A DNA stretch of 64,000 nt from Sminthopsis crassicaudata. Its lineage: Eukaryota. The stretch is from positions 293,522,454 through 293,586,453 of the forward strand of contig NC_133619.1 in assembly GCF_048593235.1 (NCBI RefSeq), in the 5' to 3' direction. Below, piece by piece: positions 14,895-28,669 of this stretch (within the stretch, counting starts at the first letter, position 1; each line of letters opens with the position of its first letter). The position numbers were made by a program, and so were the translations under genes. The notes beneath the pieces are model-generated. The model saw only the letters and a list, made by a program, of their open reading frames with translations, had not been told where the DNA came from and made no database searches.

Positions 14895-15183
14895 TCACCC
14901 TTAATGAGTTAGATGCACACATATATATATTTCAGAAAATTAATAAGAACAGATTTTTCACTATCACCGTATTCTGAGCACCTTGCTATTTAATTCATTT
15001 AAGACTTTGGGAAACTTTGTTAGAACTGTTTGCTCCACTGTAAAGGGAGAAAGTTGAATCAATTACTTTAAAGGTTCCCCAGTTAGAAAGCTATGATTCT
15101 GTAGTACTTTCCCTCCTCTGGAAGAGGTCTAACTTTGTTTTAAGACATTGCCTGCACAATGTGATATTCATTCTTTTTTTCCC

Positions 15184-15310
15184 CTGAGGCAATAGGGGTT
15201 AAGTGACCTGCCCAGAGTCACATAGCTAAGAAGTGTCTGAATCACATTTGAACTCAGGTCCTCCTGACTCTAGGGCTGGTGCTCTATCCACTGTGCCACC
15301 TAGCTGCCTC
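15184..15310 (-). mobile_element. WSINE1 SINE (variant without the ACACTT insertion)
   Basis: Head and CORE intact; 14-bp TSD tgatattcattctt/tgatatgcattctt (13/14). Confidence 0.88.
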
Positions 15311-15793
15311 TTGATATGCATTCTTGAGGTTACAATAGCAGGTCTGATGTAGCAATGCTCACACCTCTCATCAGAGAGCCAAACTTGCTAAATTGGCATA
15401 GGCTCGCAGTGAGATGGGTTAACAGGTGATTTTTTTATTATTTTTTTTTTTGCTATAACACATGAAGCATGGAGACTCTATGCCCTATATCAATTAATTC
15501 ACAAATCCCTTAATATAACAAAAAATAGGATACAAAGGCAGTGTTTTTATTTAATATCTATCTGAATAAGGGATATAAGAGGAAAAAAAAAGTTGACAGA
15601 TATAGAATATTATGTATTTAGAAATTACTGTGTTGGAAAGATACACTGACTCAATTGGCAAATATTAATCACAACAAGAATCAGACATAGCATAAACATG
15701 TATGATATACAGATACATATTTGTGTGAGCATACCAAAAGATCAAGAGCCAGGAACATGAGCTATATAAAATAACTCTTAAATATTAAATTGA

Positions 15794-16042
15794 AGTAGCT
15801 GGGAGGTTCAGTGGATGGAGGGCTGGCCCAGGAATTCAAATCTAACTTTGAAGGACCTGAGTTCAAATTTAACCTCAGACATGTCACCCTTCAGCTGGGT
15901 GACCCTGAAAAAGTCACTTAACTGTGTTTGTCTCAATTTCCACATCTGTAAAATGAGATGGAAAATGGCAGACCACTCCATTACCTGTGCCAAGAAAATC
16001 TCAAACAGGGTCACTTAGTGCGAGACACAACTGAACAACAAC
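15794..16042 (+). mobile_element. MAR1-type CORE-SINE with RTE/BovB-like 3' tail
   Basis: CORE followed by gaaaatggcagaccactccattacctgtgccaagaaaatc...caactgaacaacaac. Confidence 0.8.
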
Positions 16043-16926
16043 GTATTTAGCAATGAACAAAATTGTAAAATAAGTAAAATTGTCTCCCTCCCAGGTATAT
16101 TAGTACATGAAAGAGCCTCCTATCTCAGAAAAATTTTTTGAGGCCAAAGGAATGTGAGAGTGGGGGTGATAACTTTGTGCAGGTAAGCTTTGAACAAACT
16201 AAATAAAAATAACTGGAAAAAAAAAAACAACTTCAAGCATGTAAGTCACAGCACCATCTATCTATTCACTGGATGCATGAGCTTAAGATTCAGCTAAATG
16301 TTCCCCAAAGATAAGCCCATAAAACCTTTGATGCGAGAAAAATTTATTTACACTGTATTATCAGAGAGATCCACCAACACTTTTACTCAGTGACAACTTG
16401 GCAAGATCCCTCCAAAAAGATGACCAATATCTGTCACTGTGAATGTGGCATGTGTGTATGTGTATGTGTGTACTTTGTATATATCTCACACACATATACA
16501 TACACTCAATTTAACATATTTTTTCTGTAGTAAGTACCTCAATCAAGGTACTTAAAACTAGAAACTCAAGGTATCAAGGGGAGGGGGAGAGAACATAGTA
16601 TGTGGGTTCAAATTCTGTTTACGGAACATGATCTATATGACACCAGTCACATCACTTAACCTCCTCCAGATTGAGTTTCTTCATCTGCAAAATTAGGAGG
16701 TAGGACTAGATGCATTCTAGGTCTCTTCTAGCTCTAGATCTATGGTCCTATGAAGCTATGACCTTAAAACTCACTGCCATGCTAATGCCTTAATTGACGT
16801 TTGAAGCTCACAGACCATTAACCAATGGGGGACACACAGGAGGTTATTAATCCGTTAGAAGCTTTACATATGCTTACATTTGGACACAGACTGCAGATGC
16901 CTGTGCACAGGGAATGAAAGGTAGAA

Positions 16927-16974
16927 GAAAAGGTTAAGCTATAAATATGTGAAAAGGTTAAGCTATAAATATGT
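16927..16974. repeat. Perfect 24-bp tandem duplication (gaaaaggttaagctataaatatgt x2)
   Basis: Read directly. Confidence 0.95.
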
Positions 16975-18283
16975 GAAAGCAAACGGTAGAAAATGATCTT
17001 TACTCATTTTCAATAAAACAAGCCATCAGGGCAAATAGGTAACAATCTACACAAAGTTAGATTATTCAAGAAGCAATCAGGTCTGTGCATAAACTATTTG
17101 TTAATTCGGAGTAGAAAGGACAATAAGGCAAAAATATTCTAATAGCCCTTGAGTTTCTGTCTAGTGGCTTGGTAACAAAGAAAGAATCCATGTATGGTAA
17201 CTTCAGAATTTCTCTTTGCTCAGAATTCTGAATGTACTTGCTGTCTATATTACTCTGTTAACACTTACAGATACTGACAATTTACATAGGGTTTTAAGAT
17301 TTGGAACATGATTTGTCTATGTTAAATGCTACATTTTATTGCTAGTTAATTTTTTATTTATATACTTCTCCTTTAGGGTTATTTTCTGCTTCTTTACTCC
17401 CCCCAAAGTTTGCAGAATATTATCTTACATATAAAGACCTCAATAAATTACTACATTAATGTGTTATCAGAATACAGCTACTTATTTTTTAAAACTTAAT
17501 TTCACCTTGCTTTTTTGTGGCTAAAAAACAAACAAACAAACAAAACACCAAGCTTTTTAATTATGCTAGAGCCATGATTTTCTTAAAGAAGTTATCAGAA
17601 ATGGCATGAACACATTTAAGGTTTCCACAATATTTAAGCATACTTTCAGATCAAAGAAAGGAATGACATTGAAAACAATCCTCTTTCTTCTCTCCTCCTC
17701 CAAATTTTTACCTAAATTAACATATGGAAGAAAAACAGCAAATTGGTTATATGAACTAGAGATCTTCTAATCCAGGGAAGATAAGATTTAAAAACAAATG
17801 ACAGCCTTTGGCTTTTTCAGATATCACATAGAGGAATGAGAAAAGTTTTTCTCAGTCTCAGAGGAAAGAAGTAGCATAAAGGGGAAGTTGGAGAGTCACA
17901 TTCTTTCTCGATACAGAGAAACCTAACAATTAAAGGCTATCCAAAAATGGAATAGGACACCTGAAACAGCAATTCAGTTAAGCAGTACTACATTTCGAAT
18001 CAAATCCCAACTCTAATCCTTACTACTTACAGTGTGACTTTTGAAATCATTTAATCACTCTAGACCTCAAACAGATTATAAAATATGAAGACTAAACCAG
18101 AAGATCTCTGGGGTCCTTTTCATAAATATATAATTGTATAAATTTGATTGAGTTGAGAAAAGAAGAATCAATTAAAGAATATAAAAATATAAATTCACTT
18201 TTACAATGTACAAGACAACTATTATTCCATTCCTATATTTTCAAAACAACTCAAACAAACAGATAAAACAAACCATTTCATTA

Positions 18284-18388
<105 letters not shown>

Positions 18389-19170
18389 CTAAAAAACAAA
18401 AAAAAAAAACATGTTGAAAAAGTAGCTAAAGATAGTCCAAATAATCTATATTAGAAAACTTAAAAACAAAATTTACCATTTAAGAGCAACATTCACTCAA
18501 TTTGTCCAATGTACTTGACTATATTAATTAAATTAAAAACTAAGGCTTTAAATATAATTCAGAATAGTAAAGAGGAAGAGAAAACAAAATAATTCCATTA
18601 ACTTTGCTCAGAAATAGTAATGGATCAAAATAAAAATGACATATAGAGGTGAATCAAAATAAAATTTAAATAATTGAGAATGGATAAGTAAAACATCAGA
18701 ACCTGAGAAAAAAGGATCTTCCTGACTCATATACTACCATGATAACAGGTTATAATAGGAGCTTAAAAGATTGAAATGTAGTACTTTACAAAACATTTCA
18801 GGGGCACAAATCCATTTCAAACCCTTACCAGTATATCAAAGACTATTTAGCAGAATATGAAGGGTGCCAAAAAAAATCAATCATAACAAACAACACTAGA
18901 ACACATACAATATAAAGGCCTGTAAGTAAACTCTAATTAGCACTGTTGCTAATTTGCCTGAAACACTCACATATAGACTTCAAGCAGTGGCTAGATCATA
19001 TCATGTGTTGGTAAAAGAAAAAGCTATAATCCATTAGGGAGGATTACAATAGTAAACTAGGCATTCTAAGAAGTGATTTCCTTCTGTTTTTGTTACAATT
19101 TTATTTGAATACAAACTTTACCAGGTGTGATATTTAAGAATTGTTGGGTAATGAAAATGTTCAATGTTAC

Positions 19171-19203
19171 CTTTTGAACCATCTCCTTGGTATGCATCAA
19201 AAT
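19171..19203 (-). CDS. POLA1: POLA1 internal exon (33 nt, phase 0/0): ILMHTKEMVQK; about exon 27 in human numbering (recalled)
   Basis: Minus strand reads tttag|ATTTTGATGCATACCAAGGAGATGGTTCAAAAG|gtaaca. The peptide matches the recalled human POLA1 stretch just before [12 protein letters not shown]. Confidence 0.95.
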
Positions 19204-19205
19204 CT

Positions 19206-19236
<31 letters not shown>

Positions 19237-20629
19237 GTAAAGATTAATGTATTAGAAAATGATTACAAAACAGATATATAAACATACATGTATAATATAA
19301 ACATAAAATTCCCAATGTTCTAGCTTTTTTAAGGCAAAGCACTCTTACAAATGATTACCCAAACACCCTTTCCTTGTTCTACTTATTTTGTTTACAGTAA
19401 TAAAAAATTAGTAAAATATAAACATTTGTACAGAAAAAGCAAATAATGTCTGCATTTTTCTTATTCTTTTATTAAGCTCATTCTAGAAATATATGTCCAT
19501 AGGTAAATCATTATTAGCATTTGTTTTCTTTTTTTTGAAATGGGAATTCTACAGCCTCATACACTTAATACTTCCTAGCTATGTGACCCCAATTGTCTCA
19601 GAAAAAAAAAAAAAGAAGGAATTCTATAAAAAGCTATGGAAAAGAGGTAGAAAAAAGATACCCTCTACACAAGGAAGCTTTCTGGGATTTCTTTGCTATC
19701 TTTTTCCTTTCCTTAGCACCTTCATAGTATTTTCTGTACCTCAAGTATGTGCTTATCATATTCTATTTTGTATTTTTGTTACTTGTACAGATCTTATCTC
19801 TTCCAGTAATCAATGCAATAACATATTATGTAAAGCATTTGCTAAATGCTAACTAAATGAATCAATGAAATTTTTTTTGGTAAAGTGAAGATCTTATCAA
19901 GAATTTGGCAACAGACTTAGGAAGTCCTCATCTAATATTCTCTCTAAATCCATTCTAATAAAAGTTCTACATCAATCCCTGCACTTTCCAGTGAGAAGAC
20001 AATTCATAACTACAAACAAGAGCCATTTCAGTGGGCAGGCTCTCAGGTGAATCTCATTCATTTCTAGACACAGAAACCCAAGTAAACATCACCACCATAA
20101 ACCCTCAAAGCAAAAGAACCACTCTAGCTAGAAATGCCTGTTTATAACTCTAAGAAATGCTTGCTGGAATTAATGATGCAGATAATAATTTAATGAATAC
20201 ACTTTTTTTGTGTGTGGTCCCTTTTCCTGAGAAAAGGAAAAAAAACATAATTTATCTCTGTTTAAAAATAATTCATATTTGAGCGGGGATGTTGTGGGGT
20301 ATAAAGTTCATTAAAAGTGCTTAGATGACCATCTCACAAATATCCCTCAAACTTCCATCCTCCAATTTATCCTATATACATCTGGTATGCAGAATTGTTT
20401 GCTTATTATCTCCCCCATTAGAATGTGAGTTGTTTGAAAGAGGAAGTGTTTTTGCCTTCTTTAGATTCTCAAGGCTTAGCGCACAATCAAAGTATAATAA
20501 ATACATATATAATATATACACTTAGCATATTAAGCCCTTAGGAAAGATTTAATAAATGCTCTAATACTTCACTTATCATTATTCATTCTTAAAATAACAA
20601 ATTATAGTATAGAAAAGGCAAACGATTAG

Positions 20630-20820
20630 CACCACTTACTAGCTAAGGCCCTGGACAAGTAAATTAATCTGTGCCTCAATTTCTTCATCTCTATGATGAG
20701 TTTTATAAGAGTATCTACTTGATAGAATTGTTGCGATGATAAACTGAGATATTTGTAAAAAGCATAGCACAGTGTCTGGCAAAGAGAAGTAACAATATAA
20801 ATGCTTGTTCTCCCTTTCCT
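20630..20820 (+). mobile_element. MIR-family SINE
   Basis: gtgcctcaatttcttcatct...gcatagcacagtgtctggc...ataaatgctt. Confidence 0.7.
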
Positions 20821-21890
20821 CCACCTGTGAGGAATGGCTAAGTTTTTGTTTCTTCTTTTGATTTTATTCTATTTTAATTTTTCATAATTTCATAAGTGAA
20901 CAAAATTTCAGCATCCTTTATAAGAGAGTTTTTAAATCTATAGTCTGGTACAATTTCCAAGCATCTGTGAAAAAATGACACCTTTATTTCAATATTATTA
21001 ATAATTCTAAAAATAATCCTTTCATTGTATTATAGACATTTTGAAATATTATTCTGAGAAGTCCACTACACACACAAAAAGTTAAGACTCTGGTATATCC
21101 TGATCATTGTAAATACAGAATGTTGCAAAGAAAAGAGGCTTTAATTATCATTTGGCCTAATCTATTCATTTTACAAACAAGATGAACGTATATGGACTTT
21201 TTAATACCCATCCATAGCCTTTAAAAATGTTATCTAAACCAGGAGCAATTCTCATGTGGCCAGCAATTACCCCTTACTTACTTACTTACCTACCCTCTCT
21301 GACCAAAAACAAAGTGATCCCTGGACTTTAGTTTTCTATATCTATAATAAGTGGATTAGATCACTTATAAGGTCGCTTTTCTAACTTTAAATCTAAGACT
21401 CTATGAAGCAAATGTTCCCTAAACCCCTGTCCCCTGATAAGGGGCAAATGAAGTTTTCTCAGTGTTATGCTTAAGTGGTCATATTAAGGTAAGTTTGTCT
21501 CAGTAGCTTCTTGACAGGCCAGGAATTAGCTCTTTGTGCTGAGAGCCCACAGAAAGGGTTTAACTGCCACTATATATGAGCATTTTCCAATCTGATAAAA
21601 GGCAGAATGGGATAATTTATATTCAGAGAGGGTACAGATTTGAGTCAGAGCTCTGTCCCTTCTAGTTGTTTGACAGGCCAGTACAAGTTTTACCTTTCCC
21701 CACACTGTTACTGTAAGAATCAAATATGAAGAGGAGAGTGCTATATAAATGTAAGCTAGTATGACTCAAAATGCTTCCTATTTCTAGGCCACCGTTTTTA
21801 TTAAACTTTCCCTGATTAATCATACAAAGATATCTAGTTACTCCTTAGTCACAGTGCCTAAACAAGACTACCATCCTGCCATGAAGTGAT

Positions 21891-22120
21891 GCGGCAGCTA
21901 GGTAGTGCAATAGAGCCCAATCCGAGTTAAAAACCTGATCTCACATGCTTGTTACCTGTAATCTGAACAAGTTATTTAACTTCTATTTGCCCTGGTTTTC
22001 TTCAAATGTAAAAATGGGGATTTTACTCACCTCCCAGGGTTGTTATGAAGATCAAATGAGAATGTTTGTAAAATGCTTAACACATAGCAGGCACTTACAT
22101 GTTTGTTTGCTTTCTTCCTT
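21891..22120 (+). mobile_element. MIR-family SINE
   Basis: gcagctaggtag head; cacctcccagggttgttatgaagatcaaatgaga core. Confidence 0.75.
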
Positions 22121-22667
22121 CCCATAATTATTCCTTTAGTTGTGCATGGTAATATGTTTACCATTTAATTACTATCCCTTGTTCAGGTGTGTAAGTGTTC
22201 TGCCTAAGTCAATGTAATCTAGATAGTAAAAGTCCTTTTAAATCATGAACATAAATTGTGAAAACATGCCTATAATAGCATTATTAGCAGAGGTGCCAAA
22301 TAAATATTCCACAAAAAAGAAGTGAAAAATTTTCAGTCCAAAATAATAAGTTGTTCTAATTTCTCTGGCCATGCCCATAGTATAAAATAATCTCAATACA
22401 CATCCCTAAAAATAAATTAAATTCTTAAAATTCAAACTGGATCATTATCCTGAAAGTAACAACATTCAGAAGGGCATGTTAGATCATATAGAATTTTTCC
22501 CCCCATTTAAAAAAAGCTTGACCACAGGGAAGACAATTCTACACATGCACTAACGGCAATGCAGGTATTATAATTATTAGATGACCACTCTCAAGTTCAC
22601 TTCACAAAGTACCAGTCATAATATTAAGGCTATACTCAGCTGACAGAGGATCACTTTTAAGTGCCAG

Positions 22668-22703
<36 letters not shown>

Positions 22704-22730
22704 TTATAAAAGCTTACTAAATTCATTAAT

Positions 22731-23270
22731 NNNNNNNNNNNNNNNNNNNNNNNNNNNNNNNNNNNNNNNNNNNNNNNNNNNNNNNNNNNNNNNNNNNNNN
22801 NNNNNNNNNNNNNNNNNNNNNNNNNNNNNNNNNNNNNNNNNNNNNNNNNNNNNNNNNNNNNNNNNNNNNNNNNNNNNNNNNNNNNNNNNNNNNNNNNNNN
22901 NNNNNNNNNNNNNNNNNNNNNNNNNNNNNNNNNNNNNNNNNNNNNNNNNNNNNNNNNNNNNNNNNNNNNNNNNNNNNNNNNNNNNNNNNNNNNNNNNNNN
23001 NNNNNNNNNNNNNNNNNNNNNNNNNNNNNNNNNNNNNNNNNNNNNNNNNNNNNNNNNNNNNNNNNNNNNNNNNNNNNNNNNNNNNNNNNNNNNNNNNNNN
23101 NNNNNNNNNNNNNNNNNNNNNNNNNNNNNNNNNNNNNNNNNNNNNNNNNNNNNNNNNNNNNNNNNNNNNNNNNNNNNNNNNNNNNNNNNNNNNNNNNNNN
23201 NNNNNNNNNNNNNNNNNNNNNNNNNNNNNNNNNNNNNNNNNNNNNNNNNNNNNNNNNNNNNNNNNNNNNN
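22731..23270. other. Assembly gap (540 N)
   Basis: Run of n. Confidence 1.
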
Positions 23271-24136
23271 TGACTTCTTTTTTTTTTTGTTAACAAGAAT
23301 GACAGCACTGCCATCATATCAATCATTACAGGCTATGTTGAACAGTGCAGGATGGGGAGAAGAAAGAGAGGGGAAAGGAAGAGAGCGGGAATTAAACATA
23401 TGAAAAAGTATCTTAACCAGGCCTTTGAAAAAAGAGAAGTAGAAAAAAAATCCAAAATGCACTGGTGATTATTTTCTAAAGAATAAACCTATATTTTCAA
23501 AGGAAGGGAAGATGTACCTTGTTTGTCTAATCTAGAGAGGTTACCAAACAATAGCCACATAAGACCAATTACCAAAAATTGCACTAACCTGTAAAAGTAA
23601 TCTCTAATATACCAATTATGCCTTCTATATTTATATTCTGCTAAAATAAGATACTATACTAAATGTTTACTCATGCCAAGGCAGACTAAAATAGCGCTTA
23701 TTGGTATAGAATACAAGTATTTAAGAAATAAAACACAAAAAGACAATTCCAGGCACCTAAAACATCCCTAACAATTAGCCCATTTTTGTGTATTGTAGGT
23801 ATCATTTAGATATTATACACAGCAAACATACTAAATATAACAAAGTTCACAAATTTAAATAAAAAAATCTAAAATATAATTGAGCAACTTAATGGAAACT
23901 TCAATGGTTTTAAGTTCCTTCCTGCAGGGATGCACAGTACAAAACTAGAAATACATTAGAGAAATTTTTAGAAACAACTTATTAGGAAGTCTCTTCTCAA
24001 GTCCTTCAATGGCTCATCAAGGGCATGGTGGTAACTGAGCTTTCAAAGGTTATGTCAGTAGAACACAAGCTCTAACAAGTGCTATGAAGCTAAAGAGACT
24101 GATTCTGTCATCCATGGACCAATCTTATCAAGTCTT

Positions 24137-24753
24137 ATTTGGTTTTGTTTTTTTAAATTTAATAAATTAATTTATTTAATTATTCTTTACAAAAATTTTA
24201 TGCATGGGTAATTTTCCAGTATTGATAATTGCAAAACCTTTTGTTTCAACCTTGACCAATACATGTTAAATATGTTAAAGTATAAGTTAAATACAATATA
24301 TGCATACATGTCCAGTTATTTTGCTGTACAAAAAGAATCGGATTTTGAAACAGTGTACAATTAGCCTGTGAAGGAAATCAAAAATGTAGGTGGACAAAAA
24401 TAGAGGGATTGGGAATTCTATGTAGTGGTTGATAGTCAACTCCCAGAGTTCTTTCATGGGGTGTAGCTGGTTCAGTTCATTACTGCTCTATTGGAACTGA
24501 TTTGGTTCATCTCATTGTTAGAGAGGGCCTCGTCCATCAGAATTGATCATCATGTAGTATTGTTGAATTATATAATCATTATATTCCTGGTCCTGCTCAT
24601 TTCACTCAGCATCTAAGTTCATGTAAGTCTCTTTAGGCCTTTCTGAAATCATCCTATTGGTCATTTCTTGCAGAACAATAATATTCCATAACATTCATAT
24701 ACCACAATTTATTCAGCCATTCTCCAATTAATGGGTATCCACTCAGTTTCCAG
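24137..24753 (-). mobile_element. 5'-truncated L1 3' end with TSD
   Basis: Marsupial L1 3' UTR and ORF2 end; T-rich tail on the left; 10-bp TSD atcaagtctt (24127-24136, 24754-24763). Confidence 0.88.
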
Positions 24754-24836
24754 ATCAAGTCTTTTTTCTTGTTAATGCTCTCTTCCCCTCAAATTATATG
24801 GAAAATAATTGTGTGTACATGTTATATACCCTAATA

Positions 24837-25018
24837 CAGTGGTCCTCAAACTTTTTAAATAGGGGGCCAGTTCACTGTCCCTCAGACTGTTGGAGGGACG
24901 GACTATAGAAAAAACAAAAACACACTCTGTCTCTGCCCCTCAACTCATTTGCCATAACCCAGCGGGCCACATAAACGTCGTCAGCCCGTAGCATCTGGCC
25001 GTACTTTGAGAACTCTTG
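24837..25018. mobile_element. hAT/Charlie-type MITE (182 bp), resembles OC1/OposCharlie1 non-autonomous elements
   Basis: Imperfect TIRs cagtggtcctcaaact / actttgagaactcttg; 8-bp TSD ccctaata/ctctaata (7/8) with central TA. Confidence 0.8.
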
Positions 25019-25899
25019 CTCTAATAGAATATAAGCTCTGTAAGGGCTGAGACTATGTTTTCTTTGTATATTTAGGACCTAACATATGGGAGGTTTTGAA
25101 AAAAATGCTTATTGACTGCTTGATAGATGCCAGTAGACTACTTATACACATCATGTATCTCTCCACTGCTCTTCAGATCCCCCACAATAATATTTTTTTC
25201 AGAGAGTATAGTGTTACATGATTCCAGACAAAAGGTGTTAGCATAAGTTAGCATACTCTCCCTCTATAGTGTTTGTCCAAAATGTACACACAGATGGGAT
25301 AACCCTTAAGTGTTGCCTGCCCATACAATTAAATTTCACAGATGGTAAGTATAGACAACATCTAGGCAATAAACAATCTTCTTTCATTTAAATTTTCCTG
25401 TTAGTCCACCTATGGTTTTATAGGACTCTGAAGCTTGATGCAAGTAGCACAATAAAGAAGGCCTTGGAATCAAAAAGACTTCTATCCTAATTTTGATATT
25501 AGCTTAGTGATCTGGAGCAAATCATTTTTATCTTTTTGTAACTCAAATTTTCCCATCTGTGGGATAGGGATGATGATAACATTTAGACTATTTACTCTAC
25601 ATGGTTGTTATGAGCAAAATGCTTTGCAAATTTCAAAGAGATAAATGTGAATTAGTTTCAAAGAGAATGAAATATCATTCATTATATTTTCTCTTACATT
25701 AATCCTAGAAAAATAATAAAAAGAATTAACTTTTTAGGAATGATGAATGGTTACTATATAAAGTGGAACAGTACAAGAGCTATGTGACTTTATTAGTTGT
25801 ATATCAAATTTAAAACCATTTTAAATAACAGCAATAAGTCTTTTAGTGCTATTTAAATTACTTGCAATACAACATTTCATAGTGATATATACATCCTCC

Positions 25900-26240
25900 A
25901 CTTAACTGCTAAAGTGATATTTCTGAAGCTCTGGTTTGACAAAGTCACTTCTCTTCTCAAAGGATTCTGTACTACCTTTGGACTCAAATATTAACTTTTC
26001 TATTTATAGCATTTAGAGTTTTCCATGTTTTGGCTCCTGCCTGACTTCCAAGATCAATACATATAATTCCCCTTTATACATTCTGCATTCCAGTTATTAT
26101 TCTTTTACACACCATCCCATCCACTTCTCTTCTCTAGGGCTACTATGTTTTAAATTCGTTCTCTCCCTACCTCTACCTCTTAGAATCCTTACCTTTCTTC
26201 AAAGTTCAACTCTCTTCTTTAAGGCTTTTCGTGATACCTT
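25900..26240 (+). mobile_element. L2 fragment
   Basis: Pyrimidine-rich L2-like segment (catgttttggctcctgcctgacttcc...ctttcttcaaagttcaactc). Confidence 0.5.
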
Positions 26241-27899
26241 AAACTCCTTACTTTGCTTTACAGATGAAAAAGTTGAGTTCCAGGTGGCAAAAAGGCTTGA
26301 CAAGGGTCACACAGAAAAAAAAATAGCAAAAGAACAGTAAGTTTTTTGATATCTAATCCAGAACTCTTTCCACTAAGCCATACAATATTCCTGGATCATA
26401 ATTTTTTTCCTAGAATTTTTTAAAAGTACTACAAAGATGAATGAGTATTTCTCGTATTGTTCCAATGATAGATGAACACCTTCCCTTAAAAAATAGGTTG
26501 AAAGAAAATAGTAAAACATAAAATATTCATGGACATCTCCATTATCATATGATTCAGTTCATTATGCAAATTCTACTTCTTCAACTAACTCAACTAGCTT
26601 TCTTAGCTTCTAGGTATGACAAATTCCAACCACTACAAACAATCAAATAGGCCAGAGGGATATTTGTAATCTTGTAAATTACAATCACTGAAATAAAAAA
26701 TCTCAGGAAAGAGGAAAGATTAAGCTTCCACTGGAAATAGAAGTTCTAGTAGATTGGTTTTTTAATGACAGAATCACTGACTGATGAGCATTCCTATCTC
26801 CAATATAATGAAAATTTAAAGATAGTTTAAAAAAAAAATAACAATTCAAGCTTGAATACCATACCTAAATCCTAATGTTCTCCACCTAAGAAATAGTGAT
26901 TCAGTTTAAACACAGTACACTGTAATGCAAACAAATACACAAGAATGCATTTCTACTTCACTGATGGAGACCCCTTAATTATAAACATGACTAACAAATG
27001 TACTTCCCCCATATTTCCATTATTACAAAGAATACATTATTTAAAAAAAAAATTGTCATTTGAATCTCTTGGCATCTCAAGTGTAACAAATTTAGAACAC
27101 TTTTGAATAAACAATACCATTTGAAACATTTAATAATGTTTATATGTCTTTTTTATTTTCCTACAATAAAAGGATTCTGATTTTGATCTAAGTAGTTAGA
27201 AATTCAGAAACTATGCCTTTGAATCTGTGAAATGAATATTTGTGGAAGGAATTTTTTTTTGGGGGGGGAACTTTCTTTTATTTCAGTCATTTCATTTCTC
27301 CCCTTGTTCCACTTAATCTCTACTTGTTTCAAAAACAATAATCTCTACATTCCAATTTTATTTAAAAACAGCTTTTACCTCTAAATAAAAACATTTAAAT
27401 TTCTACTCCTTTTCCCTCTCCAACCATCCTAAGCCACACAGCTAAACTGCACCCTCCTATCTCAACTTTTCATTCAATTAATTTGCTCTCACAACAATTA
27501 CATATGAAATGAAGCCCTGTAGAAGTCTGAAAGGCATCCTTTATAGATTATTTAACTAAGCATGTTCATTGGTAGACTTATTAAGATTCTTATTAAGATA
27601 ATTCTGAGTTTATAATCACTAATGGCTAAACTTTATTTTAAAAGTAGAAATATTTATTAAAAACTAAGCTTTGAAACTATACATTTATTTAATGCCATAA
27701 AGACTACTAAAAACTCTTAAGTAAACGCTAGGAATAGAGATTGCAGACATTTAAAAACCCACAAAATGTCTACAAGATTAAAAATACATAATGTGCTGTG
27801 ATCCTCAACTCCTGTTTTTCTACCCTATAGCTTCAGCCCCTCAGGTCAAATTTCTTTCAAAGCAAAGTTAAATGTTTGAAGGCTTAGAGCCTAGGCTCC

Positions 27900-28175
27900 T
27901 TGATTGACTTCTTATCTTACTCATCTATGGGGCTAATTAAGATATGGCCAAACTGTATCCATATCTTAGTTAGCATCACTGTACAAGCAAGTTTCATCCA
28001 ACCCCATTAAAATTGACTAAAAGTGTCTTACTTCAAGTAATCACTTAGGCAGAATGAATTTTACATTAGCATGATCAAACACGTGCCAGGCCTCAGTGGA
28101 AATGAAAAGGGCTTATAGTAATAGGATTTATAAATCCACCACATTAGGTTAATGGCTACATGATTTACATGTAAC
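27900..28175. promoter_or_regulatory. Candidate conserved developmental enhancer (possible POLA1/ARX ultraconserved element)
   Basis: Repeat-free block with TGATTGAC, TAATTA, CACGTG, a 14-bp palindrome and TGATTTAC; conservation not tested. Confidence 0.5.
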
Positions 28176-28669
28176 TTTTCCCTTCTCCTCCCCTTACTCT
28201 CAAACTCGCTAAAAACTATGTTTGGCATTTTCAACTACAGTGCCAAACACAGAGGAAATAGTCTTTCTATTTTTGGAATTCTGATTTCTGAAGCAAGGAA
28301 TGGGCATCAACTATTAACTCTTTAAGAGCTAAATATATGAAGACACAAATAAGCAATTAATAAAATAAAATTACCTATAAGGTCTAAAAGTTTTTAATTG
28401 ATCACAACTGCTTATTTTGGAAGATGGAGCCAGAAAACTACTGTTACATAATGAAACTCAGCAACTGAAAAATTGAAATCACAACCACATTCACAACTGA
28501 AAAGAGCAATAGCAGTCTCAAAATTTGAAATATTTTTAATTGAAAAATGAAACATTTAAATCATAGATGAATTGATCTTTAATAGGTCTTAAGTTGTCTA
28601 ATAATGGCAAAAAATATTTAAAAGAATAAAATAAAACAAGGGTTCAAAATACTGAAAAATCTTTAACTT

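Noticed and set aside
22616-23326. 236-aa ORF in the ORF track
   Set aside because: Almost entirely translated Ns across the assembly gap.
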